Shown piece by piece: positions 13,844 through 22,647 of a stretch of 32,000 nucleotides of DNA. Numbering within the stretch: position 1 is the stretch's first letter; every line of letters starts with the position of its first letter. The stretch comes from Alphaproteobacteria bacterium (lineage in GTDB: Bacteria > Pseudomonadota > Alphaproteobacteria > JAJFFI01). The stretch lies in assembly GCA_030066595.1 (NCBI GenBank), contig JASJBI010000026.1, positions 30,693 to 62,692 of the forward strand, in the 5' to 3' direction. Below the pieces are notes generated by a model. The model saw only the letters and a list, made by a program, of their open reading frames with translations. It had not been told where the DNA came from and did no database searches. The translations under genes and the position numbers were made by a program.

Positions 13844-14355
13844 TCGAGCCAGGCCTGCTTCGCGCTTGGTTCCGCAGGCGACCGGAACGTAGGGACGTCC
13901 GGTCGAAGCGTGTATTCACGCACGCAAGCGGGTTGGTCGCTACTCCTCTTGATTGGGCGGTCGCTCTCAGACTTATGCCCAATCTACCCTGCAATAAGAT
14001 TCAATCCAACTTACGCAATTCTTGCAACGTTAATGTGCGTTTTCTCACGATTCCGCCCGGTAACTCAAAAGCGATGGCCAAAAGACATCGATCGGCTCTT
14101 TGACAGTGTTGCAAGGGCTGAGGCGCGTTAGGCGCAGTCCTTCCTGCGGTCCTCAACTATATTTGGATCAACAGACGCGGCTCGCCCTCTTGCAGCGGGC
14201 GCTCGGCTTCAGCCGAGGGGACGCCGTTGGCGCCAGAGCCCAGGACCGTTCGCCTGGGGCTGTATCTCCGACTCGGTGCCGGCCATGTCTTCACGGCAGC
14301 CTCTGACCTTGAGCCGACATAAGGCGCGCCCAAGCAGACGCTCATCGCAATCAGG

Positions 14356-14997
14356 TTATCGTTCTGCTATCGCCAGTCTGAGCGCGAGGCCGGTGAACAC
14401 GAGCCCCGCCATCCGGTTCAGGATGAGCTGGGCCCGGGACGATGCTCTTAGCTTTTCGCCCAGAAGGCCCGAGAACCACGCGATTGATCCGAACACCAGC
14501 AGGGTGACGACGATAAACACGGCGCCGAAAGCAATGAGCTGCACAGTCAAGGAGCCGCGTGACGGATCAGCAAACTGCGGCAGGAAAGCGAGAAAGAAGA
14601 TCGCAACCTTCGGGTTGGTGATGTTCATAATCACGCCACGCGCATAGAGCTTTCCGCTGTGGATTCCGGCGCCGCCCTCTTCTGGAATTGACGTCGTTCC
14701 TGCCCGGAATGCCTGCCAAGCCAGATACAACAGGTAGGCGGCGCCTACGATCTTCAGCGCGGTGAACGCCAGGGCGGATGTCGCGAATATTGCCGCGACA
14801 CCGAAGGCGACGGCGATCGTGTGAACCAGCAGTCCCGTGGCGAGGCCGATCGTCACGAACAGCCCGGCGAGCCGGCCGTGCAGGGCAGACTGGGTCAGGA
14901 CAAAGATGTTGTCGGGTCCCGGCGCGAACGCCAAGGCAATCGAAGCTGCGGCGAAGACCGTCAAGGTCTCAATGGGAATTTGCAACAGGCTCATCAT
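14356..14997 (-). CDS. LysE/RhtB-family amino-acid efflux translocator.
   Basis: The ORF is 213 aa and polytopic. The N-terminal signature is AAASIALAFAPGPDNIFVLTQSALHGRLAG. The overall pattern of about six hydrophobic segments is typical of LysE/RhtB proteins. Confidence 0.85.
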   Translation of the reverse strand: MMSLLQIPIETLTVFAAASIALAFAPGPDNIFVLTQSALHGRLAGLFVTIGLATGLLVHTIAVAFGVAAIFATSALAFTALKIVGAAYLLYLAWQAFRAGTTSIPEEGGAGIHSGKLYARGVIMNITNPKVAIFFLAFLPQFADPSRGSLTVQLIAFGAVFIVVTLLVFGSIAWFSGLLGEKLRASSRAQLILNRMAGLVFTGLALRLAIAER

Positions 14998-15095
14998 GGG
15001 TGGTTGTCCGTTCCTCGGCGCCGGCGCATTGCCCGAGCTGTGTGAAACGGGAGTCTCCGGAGCTCTGCGTTGGCGATCGCCCGCGGTGTTTAGGC

Positions 15096-15269
15096 CTAGA
15101 GCGAGCGTGCGGAGTCCCGGATGCTTCTCAACACGGTCGGGGTATCGCCTACCCGTTCCGCAAGCAAGAGCGTCAGCTTGGCCAGGAAGAGCTCGGTCTT
15201 GCTCTCGCCGACCTGATCGATGGTCGTGGCCAGGGCCTCATAGACTGATTCAAGTTCTGTGGGCGTCAT
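15096..15269 (-). CDS. DUF2783-family small protein.
   Basis: From ATG 15269 the protein reads MTPTELESVYEALATTIDQVGESKTELFLAKLTLLLAERVGDTPTVLRSIRDSARSL. Its start overlaps the monooxygenase stop as ATGA (15266..15269). This family is typically coupled to MhpA-like FAD monooxygenases (from memory). Confidence 0.65.
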   Translation of the reverse strand: MTPTELESVYEALATTIDQVGESKTELFLAKLTLLLAERVGDTPTVLRSIRDSARSL

Positions 15270-16900
15270 GCTTCCGCTCCGTTGTTGCAGGTCGCCTTCC
15301 GATACGCTGTTATCACGGACGTCGCACGGGCCTGATGCCACCGTGCCGCGACATGGCGGTCGGGCCGGACCAGGTAAGCGGCGGTTCTTGCCGCCCCGAA
15401 GACGTGCGCCGCCTCCGACCGTGCCGGAAGGGAGAGGACCCGAATGTCGTCCTCGGCAGCCAACCGATCTTCGAGTTCCTGCGCGAGATCGGCACCAAAG
15501 CAGATCACGTTGAACCCCGGGCCGAGGTGGTCAGACAGGTAGCCTTGCTGGAGCCGGGCCTCTGGGATGACCTTGCCTGGTTCCGGACCATTCTCGAATG
15601 CGGGATCGTCGGGGCACACGACCGGGCTTTCGCCATAGGTATAGGGGGTCATCTGCCGCGGATTGGCCAACTTCCCCGCGAAATCGTGATCCAACGCCAG
15701 GGAAAGAGCCGCATCGCGCATCACCCGCCAGCCATGACTGGGTGGCGTCATGAAGCGCGCGCTCTTGGTTGCGTTCTCGAAGACATCCAGCGTTGCGCCG
15801 CGCCGCTCGGGGCTGTAGCTGTCCAGGAGGTCCGTCCCGGCCTTGCCCCGCATGACCCAGCCCAGCTTCCAGGCAATGTTCTGCGCATCCGCCAGGCCGT
15901 TATTGAGCCCGCGAACGCCGAAGATCGGCACGATGTGCGCGCTGTCGCCGATGAAAAACACCCGCCCGTCGCGGTAGTCGTCCAGTGCCAGGGTGTTTGC
16001 CGAATAGATGCTCCACCATTCCAGTTCCCAAGGCCCGTCGTGGCCGATCTCGGACAGGACGGCTTCGACGTTCCTTCGCACGACGTCCTCGCGGGTTGCC
16101 TCGTCGGCGTCCTCGTTCTCCGTCAGCTGGTAGTCGATGCGCCAGATGTTGTCGGGCTGCCGGTGGATCAACACCGTGCCGCCCGGCCGGCAGGCCGGAT
16201 CGAAGAGCGCGCGGCGGATCGTCGGGTAGTCGTGGTTCATCTGAACATCCGCGATCACGTAGCGGCCTTCGTGGTTCTCGCCGGCAAGCCGCCGGCCGAG
16301 CATTCCGCGAACCGGGCTGCGCGCGCCGTCGGCGGCCAGCAGCCAGTCGGCCGCAATCGTATACGTGCCGTTCGTATCGCGGATCGTCAGGATGGCGCCG
16401 TCGCTCGTGTTGCGGACGCCGATGACTTCGCTTTGCCAGCGCGTTTCGATCAGATCGCTGTCTGAGACGGCCTGCCAGAGGTACAGCTCTATGTACTGCT
16501 GTTGTATGTTGTACATCGGCCGAAACTTCTCGGACGGGCCGTCGGGCATATTGAATTCGAGGATCTGCTGCCCGCGATAGAACGAGCGTCCTGTTGTCCA
16601 GCCCAACGCTTTCTCCACAAAGGGCGCGACGGCCCCAAGGCGCTCCAGGATGTAGAAGCTCTCGCGTGCGACGCAGATGGCGCGGCTGCCATCGTTGAAT
16701 GTGGATTTGTTGTCGAACAGGACCGACCTGATGCCCTCCCTCGCCAGGGCCAGCGCCGCCGTCATTCCGACCGGGCCGGCACCGACAATCGCGACAGGCG
16801 TCGGTTCGGACAAAGTGGCACCCCGCGCCTTCTCTGGCGCATCGAAACAGGGATAATCGAAATACAGAGAATCCGTCTCTCCACGCCCGGCGGGTCTCAT
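15266..16900 (-). CDS. FAD-dependent aromatic-ring monooxygenase (MhpA / PheA-TfdB-like).
   Basis: The track ORF is 15266..17062. I place the start at ATG 16900, preceded by GGAGGAAC. Motifs present: VAIVGAGPVGMTAALALAREG, LLAADGARSPVR, FFIGDSAHIVPIFGVRGLNNGLADAQNIAWKL. Confidence 0.85.
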   Translation of the reverse strand: MRPAGRGETDSLYFDYPCFDAPEKARGATLSEPTPVAIVGAGPVGMTAALALAREGIRSVLFDNKSTFNDGSRAICVARESFYILERLGAVAPFVEKALGWTTGRSFYRGQQILEFNMPDGPSEKFRPMYNIQQQYIELYLWQAVSDSDLIETRWQSEVIGVRNTSDGAILTIRDTNGTYTIAADWLLAADGARSPVRGMLGRRLAGENHEGRYVIADVQMNHDYPTIRRALFDPACRPGGTVLIHRQPDNIWRIDYQLTENEDADEATREDVVRRNVEAVLSEIGHDGPWELEWWSIYSANTLALDDYRDGRVFFIGDSAHIVPIFGVRGLNNGLADAQNIAWKLGWVMRGKAGTDLLDSYSPERRGATLDVFENATKSARFMTPPSHGWRVMRDAALSLALDHDFAGKLANPRQMTPYTYGESPVVCPDDPAFENGPEPGKVIPEARLQQGYLSDHLGPGFNVICFGADLAQELEDRLAAEDDIRVLSLPARSEAAHVFGAARTAAYLVRPDRHVAARWHQARATSVITAYRKATCNNGAEA

Positions 16901-17000
16901 TGGCGGGTTCCTCCAAAATCCACTCGTTCTCTTCTGTCTCAGGCTAGTCTTGCAGGCTACCGCCGTCTGTCCACTCCTTGAGGGGACAAGGAGTTGCTGC

Positions 17001-17693
17001 GTGAACGCCATGTTGAAGCAGATCGACCAATGCCTTTCGCTGCTCGGAACGGACGAATTCATTCATCCGTTCCTGACGCTGGCACAGCGACTTGGTGCAG
17101 CGCAGGTGATGATCTTCTCCTACTCGGACACGAAGGCAACCTGTCTCGCGTCGCGCAATTTCGCGCGGGACCGGTTGGGAAAACAGCTTGCCGCCCTGTA
17201 TCTCGACGGTTGGTTCCGCAAGGACCCGCTGCTGGCGGAGGTCCAGGCGATGCAGGAAGGCGAGGTGATCGTGCGCGATATGGAAGAGCTGATCGACCGG
17301 ATGCCGGAGGATTATCGCCGCATCTTCTTCGACGAGCCCGGATTGCGGCGAAAATCAGCGATTCTGAGCCGCGGCAGCCGGTGTCGCCTCGTGGTCAATC
17401 TCTATCAGGGACCGGAAGATCGACTGGTTGCCGACGAAGGACTGCTTCCGCTGCTGGGTCGGCTCGCTCATCTGCATTTCGACCGGACGCCGAGTTTCAA
17501 CTATCCGCCGCCGCTCACCGTCCTTTCCCAACAGGAAAGAGCGGTCTGCCTGGGCGTTCTCGAAGGCAAGAAGACCGAGACGATCGCGGGCGACATGGAC
17601 ATCGCTCCGTCCAGCGTCACGACGTACCGGCGTCGCGCCTACGAAAAGCTTGGGATTTCCTCGCGGGGATCCTTGTTTCAATTGTGCAAGTGA
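17001..17693 (+). CDS. LuxR-family transcriptional regulator (C-terminal HTH).
   Basis: The C-terminus is LSQQERAVCLGVLEGKKTETIAGDMDIAPSSVTTYRRRAYEKLGISSRGSLFQL. The start is uncertain: GTG 17001 lies 7 nt after AAGGAG, and ATG 17010 is the alternative. The gene is divergent from the FAD monooxygenase. Confidence 0.8.
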   Translation: MNAMLKQIDQCLSLLGTDEFIHPFLTLAQRLGAAQVMIFSYSDTKATCLASRNFARDRLGKQLAALYLDGWFRKDPLLAEVQAMQEGEVIVRDMEELIDRMPEDYRRIFFDEPGLRRKSAILSRGSRCRLVVNLYQGPEDRLVADEGLLPLLGRLAHLHFDRTPSFNYPPPLTVLSQQERAVCLGVLEGKKTETIAGDMDIAPSSVTTYRRRAYEKLGISSRGSLFQLCK

Positions 17694-17919
17694 AGCGCGA
17701 CCCACCCCTATCCCGTTCGTCCGGGCTCATCGATCGGCCGCCACTGCGGCGCTCCGTCTCGCGTGCGCCCCTCGTGGATGTTCTCACGTGAGAGATTGGG
17801 GAGAGCTCGAATTCGGGGACACACACCATTTGGCGGTAGGGTTGGCACCGCCGGTCATGGATGGTCTCGCCATCCCGTGGTCCCCGCCCGCAAGCCTGCG
17901 AAGCCTTGGCGAAGCAGCG

Positions 17920-18006
17920 TGGTGCGGGTGGGGAGACTCGAACTCCCACTTCCTTGCGGAAACCAGATTTTGAGTCTGGCGCGTCTACCAATTCCGCCAC
18001 ACCCGC
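17920..18006 (-). tRNA. tRNA-Leu (anticodon CAA), class II with a long variable arm and encoded CCA.
   Basis: The minus strand reads GCGGGTGTGGCGGAATTGGTAGACGCGCCAGACTCAAAATCTGGTTTCCGCAAGGAAGTGGGAGTTCGAGTCTCCCCACCCGCACCA. The acceptor stem pairs GCGGGTG with CACCCGC. The anticodon stem-loop is CCAGA-CTCAAAA-TCTGG. The T-arm contains GGGAGTTCGAGTCTCCC. Confidence 0.9.
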
Positions 18007-18236
18007 ATGCGCCGAGATCTGCGGCGGCCGCCTGAACAGGCGGCAGGATCGTCCGCATCATAGTCGCGGCCCCTGGCCGGTCAACCGAGCAGGCGGCCAT
18101 GCGTTTGCCGGGCAGATTTGGCGTTGGGAGTCGGTGCGATCGGCTCCCCTGACGCCCGCGGCGGCGCGATTGCGGCGCTGCGCCCGGGCGCAAAACATGC
18201 GACACTCATGGCGGTCGGACGGCGGGACATCCAGGC

Positions 18237-18821
18237 ATGGACCTGCATCGACGATTTTGCTGGAAACGCCTTCTCGTCTTGCTGCCGGTGCTGTGGCTCT
18301 GTGCGGCGCCGCCGGTCGGCGCCGCGGAGGCCGAGCCGCAAGACCCGGTCGCCCGCGCCTATCTGCTGTGGCGGCAGGGCACGGCCCTCCACCTGCTCGG
18401 CCAGTACGAACTGGCCGCCGAGCTGTTCCGCAAGTCGATCGCGGCGCACGCCACCCCAGAGGGGCACACATTTTTGGGCTGGTCGTTGAGCCATCTCGAT
18501 CGCCATGAGGAGGCCATCGCCGAGTGCAAGAAGGCCATCGCGCTCGATGCGGACTACGGCAATCCCTACAACGATATCGGCGTCTACCTCATCGACCTGG
18601 GCCGGCCGGAGGAGGCGGTCCCCTGGCTGAAGAAGGCGATGAAGGCGCGGCGCTACTGCTGCTACCAGTTCCCGCATTTCAACATGGGGCGGGTCCTGCT
18701 GATGCAGGGGCGGGAGGCCGAGGCCAAGCGCAGCTTCGAGCGCTCGCTCTCCTACGACCCGCAATACGAGCCGGCCCGGCAGGGGCTCGCCTACCTCAAG
18801 CGGCTGGGCGAACCGCTTTAG
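18237..18821 (+). CDS. Secreted TPR-repeat protein.
   Basis: The signal-like N-terminus is RLLVLLPVLWLCAAPPVGAAEA. TPR units include YELAAELFRKSIAA, EEAIAECKKAIALDADYGNPYNDIGVYL and EAKRSFERSLSYDPQYEPA. Confidence 0.75.
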   Translation: MDLHRRFCWKRLLVLLPVLWLCAAPPVGAAEAEPQDPVARAYLLWRQGTALHLLGQYELAAELFRKSIAAHATPEGHTFLGWSLSHLDRHEEAIAECKKAIALDADYGNPYNDIGVYLIDLGRPEEAVPWLKKAMKARRYCCYQFPHFNMGRVLLMQGREAEAKRSFERSLSYDPQYEPARQGLAYLKRLGEPL

Positions 18822-18890
18822 CCCCGCTGGCGGGCCGTCCGCCTGGACTTCGCCGTTGTCGCCCGCGCTGCTGGCTGTTACACCCCCGCG

Positions 18891-19472
18891 ATGCTGCGCG
18901 CCCTCTACGATTGGACCATGGATCTGGCGGCGCGGAAGAACGCCGTCTGGGTGCTGGCGGCGGTCTCTTTCGTGGAAAGCTCTGTCTTCCCGATCCCGCC
19001 GGACGTGCTGATCGTGCCCATGGTGCTGGCCGACCGAGCGCGGGCCTGGCTGATCGCGGCGGTCGCGACCGTGTCGTCGGTGCTGGGCGGGCTCGCGGGC
19101 TATGCCATCGGCCTGTTCCTGTTCGAGGCGGTCGGCCGGCCCGTGCTCGAGCTCTATGGCATGATGGAGCGCTTCGGCGATTTCCAGGAAATGTACAACG
19201 CCTGGGGGGCCTGGATCGTCGCCGGCGCGGGGCTGACGCCCTTCCCCTACAAGGTGATCACCATCGCCAGCGGCGTGACCCAGCTCGACCTCGCGACCTT
19301 CATGATCGCCTCCGCGCTGTCCCGCGGGCTGCGGTTCTTCGTCGAGGCGGCGCTGCTCTATTATATCGGCCCGCCGGTGCGCAGCTTCGTCGAGCAGCGC
19401 CTCGGGCTGGTCACCGCGGTGTTCTTCATCCTTTTGGTCGGCGGCTTCGCGGTCATACGTTTCGTCTTTTGA
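18891..19472 (+). CDS. YqaA/DedA-like (SNARE-associated) inner-membrane protein.
   Basis: The motif VSFVESSVFPIPPDVLIVPMVL and the later GLTPFPYKVITIASG are typical of the YqaA family. The protein has multiple TM segments. Confidence 0.8.
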   Translation: MLRALYDWTMDLAARKNAVWVLAAVSFVESSVFPIPPDVLIVPMVLADRARAWLIAAVATVSSVLGGLAGYAIGLFLFEAVGRPVLELYGMMERFGDFQEMYNAWGAWIVAGAGLTPFPYKVITIASGVTQLDLATFMIASALSRGLRFFVEAALLYYIGPPVRSFVEQRLGLVTAVFFILLVGGFAVIRFVF

Positions 19473-19495
19473 GCTTTGCGAACTAGATTAACATC

Positions 19496-19987
19496 ATGAC
19501 CATCGACCAGCGCACCGTTCCGGCCGTCATCCTGGCGGCCAGTATCGCCGTCCTCGGCACGGCCTTCGCCTTTCAATACATCGGCGGCCTGCAGCCCTGC
19601 GTGCTGTGCATCTGGCAGCGCTGGCCCTACGTCGTGACCATAGCCTTGGCAGCCCTCGCGCTGGCGCTGGCCGGGCGCCGTGCGGCCGGCTGGGCGATCC
19701 TGGCCTCGGGGCTGGTCTTTCTCGCGGGCGCGGGCATCGCGGGCTTCCATGTCGGGGTCGAGCAGCACTGGTGGGAGGGCACCGCGGGCTGCACCGGCGC
19801 CATCGACCTGGATGCCAGCGCCGAGGAGCTGGGCAAGGCGCTGCTTGCCGCGCCGGTCGTGCGCTGCGACGAGGTGCCCTGGTCGGTCTTCGGCATCTCC
19901 ATGGCGGGATACAATCTCATCCTGTCGCTAGCCCTCGCGGCGGGCTCGCTCTACGCCGGCCGGCGGCTGCTTAGGGGAGGCAAGTGA
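19496..19987 (+). CDS. dsbB: Disulfide bond formation protein B family.
   Basis: The ORF is 163 aa with four hydrophobic segments. The first Cys pair is QPCVLCIWQRWPY. The second is in the loop GCTGAIDLD...VVRCDEV. Confidence 0.75.
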   Translation: MTIDQRTVPAVILAASIAVLGTAFAFQYIGGLQPCVLCIWQRWPYVVTIALAALALALAGRRAAGWAILASGLVFLAGAGIAGFHVGVEQHWWEGTAGCTGAIDLDASAEELGKALLAAPVVRCDEVPWSVFGISMAGYNLILSLALAAGSLYAGRRLLRGGK

Positions 19988-20598
19988 TGGGCGCCAAAAA
20001 GAAGGCGCGCCCCAAGCGGACCGGCGAAGATCTCTTGCCCGGCGATCCCTCGCGGGAGGAGCTGATCGCCCGCATGATCCGGGTCGACCATGCCGGCGAG
20101 TACGGCGCGGTGCGGATCTACGAGGGGCAGCTCGCGGTGCTCAACCGCAAGCCGGGGCCGGGCCGCTATGGCACCATGCGCGGCACGCCAGCGGTTGCGG
20201 CGATCAAGGAGATGGCGGAGCAGGAGCAGCGCCATCTCGATGCGTTCGACCAGCTGCTCGTCGAGCGCCGGGTGCGCCCAACGGTGCTGTCGCCTATCTG
20301 GCATGCGGCCGGCTATGCGCTCGGCGCGGCGACGGCGATGCTGGGCGAGCGCGCGGCCATGGCCTGCACCGTCGCGGTCGAGGAGGTGATCGACGAGCAT
20401 TACGCCGCCCAGGCCGAGCGTCTGGGCGACGACGAGGCCGAGCTGCGCGCGATGATCGAGGAGTTCCGCGCCGACGAGGGCGCGCACCGGGACACCGCCA
20501 TCGCCCACGAGGCCGAAGCGGCGCCGGCCTACCCGCTGCTCACGGCGGCGGTCAAGACGGGCTCGCGGCTGGCCATCTGGCTCTCGACGCGGGTTTGA
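19987..20598 (+). CDS. coq7: Demethoxyubiquinone hydroxylase (Coq7 family, di-iron carboxylate).
   Basis: Motifs present: RVDHAGEYGAVRIYEGQ, EQEQRHL, VAVEEVIDEHY, FRADEGAHRD. ATG 19987 lies 6 nt after GGAGG and overlaps the dsbB stop. The track starts the ORF one codon earlier at GTG 19984. Confidence 0.85.
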   Translation: MGAKKKARPKRTGEDLLPGDPSREELIARMIRVDHAGEYGAVRIYEGQLAVLNRKPGPGRYGTMRGTPAVAAIKEMAEQEQRHLDAFDQLLVERRVRPTVLSPIWHAAGYALGAATAMLGERAAMACTVAVEEVIDEHYAAQAERLGDDEAELRAMIEEFRADEGAHRDTAIAHEAEAAPAYPLLTAAVKTGSRLAIWLSTRV

Positions 20599-20648
20599 CG
20601 AATCTCAGGCCAAGCTGGCGACAGTCGCCGGTTCTGCCGCAAACGTCC

Positions 20649-21836
20649 CTATGACCTGATGATGGCGTCGGCGAGTTGATTGACTGCCGCGTCCAGCTTG
20701 GCGCGCGTGCAGCCGATGTTGAGCCTGGCAAAGCCCGCGCCCTCCTGCCCGAACGCAATCCCAGAGGTTACCGCCCACTTGGCCTTTTCTCTGAGGAACG
20801 CGGTCAGATCTTCGGGCTCCAGGCCCAGCTCCCGGAAATCCAACCACAGCAAGAAGGTTCCTTCCGGCTCGATCATCTCGACACCGGGAACGCGCCCCAG
20901 ACGATCTCTGACCAGATCAACGTTGCCCTCGAGATAGGCGAGAACGGCATCCAGCCAGGACGCGCCGTTTCTGTAGGCCGCTTCCATGGCGACATTGGCG
21001 AACGCGTTGTTCTTGTTGACCGTGAGCCGGCTGTTCTCAGCCTGAAAGGCGTTGCGTCTGTCATCGTCCGAGATGACGGTGAAGGCCGAGCAACAGGAGG
21101 CGATGTTGAAGCTCTTGGCCGGGGACAGACAGGTGATGCAGTTCGCATCATAGTCCGGTCCGAGCGAGGAGAACGGTGTGTATTTGCTGCCGGTGAACAC
21201 GAGATCGCCATGCATCTCGTCTGACACGACCAGCACGTCGTGACGCGCACAGATATCACCCAAGCTCCGGAGTTCTTCCTCGCGCCAGACCCTGCCCACC
21301 GGATTATGGGGATTGCACAAATAGATCATTTTGGTGCGGGGATCGGAGGCCTTTCGTTCAAGGTCGCTGAAGTCCATGCGGTAATGGCCGTTTTCGAGGA
21401 TCAGCGGATTGGCGATCAGAGAGCGGTTGTTCTCGCGCAGAATATCGAAGAAGTCGAAGAACACCGGCGGCTGGACGATGACGCCCTCACCATCCCTCGT
21501 GAACAGCGAGGCGGCGATGGCGAGCGCATTCAGGATGTTCGGAGCGCGAAGGATGTGCCGCTCGGCAACGCGCCAGCCATGACGAGACTCCAGCCATCGG
21601 CGCAGCGCGGGCATTAAACCATCGGGCACCGTTTCGTAACCGAAAACACCATGGTCGAGCCGCCGCTGCATGGCTTCGAGGACGGCGGTCGGCGCTTTGA
21701 AATCCATGTCTGCCACACCGCCGGCAAACAGGTCGCCGCCATCGGGCCCCAGCACGTTGGGATGAACCTTCAGGGCCGGAACCGCACGTCGATCGATGTC
21801 CTCGTCAAGCGCAAATGGCGCGCAGGTGCTGGTCAC
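20649..21836 (-). CDS. PatB/MalY-family PLP-dependent C-S lyase (class I/II aminotransferase fold).
   Basis: The ORF is 395 aa. Motifs present: MDFKAPTAVLEAMQRRLDHGVFGY, LCNPHNPVGRVW, VVSDEMHGDLVF, SPAKSFNIA (PLP-Lys region). Confidence 0.8.
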   Translation of the reverse strand: MTSTCAPFALDEDIDRRAVPALKVHPNVLGPDGGDLFAGGVADMDFKAPTAVLEAMQRRLDHGVFGYETVPDGLMPALRRWLESRHGWRVAERHILRAPNILNALAIAASLFTRDGEGVIVQPPVFFDFFDILRENNRSLIANPLILENGHYRMDFSDLERKASDPRTKMIYLCNPHNPVGRVWREEELRSLGDICARHDVLVVSDEMHGDLVFTGSKYTPFSSLGPDYDANCITCLSPAKSFNIASCCSAFTVISDDDRRNAFQAENSRLTVNKNNAFANVAMEAAYRNGASWLDAVLAYLEGNVDLVRDRLGRVPGVEMIEPEGTFLLWLDFRELGLEPEDLTAFLREKAKWAVTSGIAFGQEGAGFARLNIGCTRAKLDAAVNQLADAIIRS

Positions 21837-22173
21837 GAACCTTCTCCTCCGTGGACGCGATGTATTCCGGGTCCCACTCCCAACTCGCTCAAGAAGGCTA
21901 CCGGATCGGCGCGTCCCCGGCGACCCACATGAGCAAGCGTGCTCCGAAAGGAAGGCATTTCGGTCGGCGACACGCGAAGATGACCGGCAGAAATCATCCC
22001 CTGGAGAGGTGCGGCCGGGTGCATGGTCTTCCTATTTCCTCTGATCGGCTTCGCAGGTCGCGCGGGACCACGCCAGACCCGCGCTGATGGCGCGTGGACG
22101 GTTTTGGGGTATACTTTGGATGGCTGCGGTCCGGCCGGGTCGCAGGCGTGCGGCACGGAGGGGAGGAGCTCCG

Positions 22174-22500
22174 ATGATCCAGTCCCTTGGCGGCAAACCC
22201 CCGGCTGAAAACGGTTTTTTCGGCGGCGGGCAGTCCGACCTCAAGGTCGGGCTCGCCATCCTGATCGGCGTCGTCGCCATTTCGGCCCTGGTGGCTGTCT
22301 GCGCGGCGGCGGGCGCGTTCGGCATCGGACCGCGGATGGAGCCGGTCGCCTACCTATTCATCGAGATTTCGGCGGTCATGCTGTTGGTCAGCTTCCTGAT
22401 CACCTTCGTTCGCGACCAGATCCGGGCGGGTCTCTACCTCGCGGCCTTCTGGGCGCTCGCCATGATGGGCGTGTTCGCGGTGTTCAAATACGCCGGGTGA
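22174..22500 (+). CDS. Hypothetical small membrane protein (three hydrophobic segments).
   Basis: ATG 22174 lies 5 nt after GGGAGGAG. The product is MIQSLGGKPP...VGLAILIGVVAISALVAVCAAAG...AYLFIEISAVMLLVSFLITF...LYLAAFWALAMMGVFAVF. I recognise no family. Confidence 0.5.
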   Translation: MIQSLGGKPPAENGFFGGGQSDLKVGLAILIGVVAISALVAVCAAAGAFGIGPRMEPVAYLFIEISAVMLLVSFLITFVRDQIRAGLYLAAFWALAMMGVFAVFKYAG

Positions 22501-22583
22501 GCCTAAGCGCTTCGTTCCAGTCGTTCCAAATGCCGGCCTCAGGAAATTCGGGCATACGGGCTGGGGGCCGTCCTTTATGAGTC

Positions 22584-22623
22584 AGAAAAGGCGAGAGGCC
22601 GGGGAGCGCACACCCCCCGGCCT
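22584..22623 (-). terminator. Candidate intrinsic terminator between convergent genes.
   Basis: A 9-bp perfect stem pairs AGGCCGGGG (22596..22604) with CCCCGGCCT (22615..22623). On the minus strand it is followed by CTCGCCTTTTCTGA. It lies 25 nt downstream of the YHS-gene stop. Confidence 0.5.
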
Positions 22624-22647
22624 TCGCTTCCTTGCCGACTTCTCGGA

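Noticed and set aside
14837-16465. The 542-aa plus-strand ORF overlapping LysE, DUF2783 and the FAD monooxygenase. Similar shadow ORFs occur at 5290..6504 (-), 23279..24178 (+), 24710..26335 (+), 26938..27669 (-) and 29542..30339 (+).
   Set aside because: Each spans several well-supported genes on the other strand and has a low-complexity Arg/Ala/Gly/Pro composition with no family signature. I treat them as high-GC artefacts.
18081-18764. The 227-aa minus-strand ORF overlapping the TPR gene.
   Set aside because: The plus-strand frame has a signal peptide and clean TPR units. The minus-strand product is a low-complexity shadow ORF.
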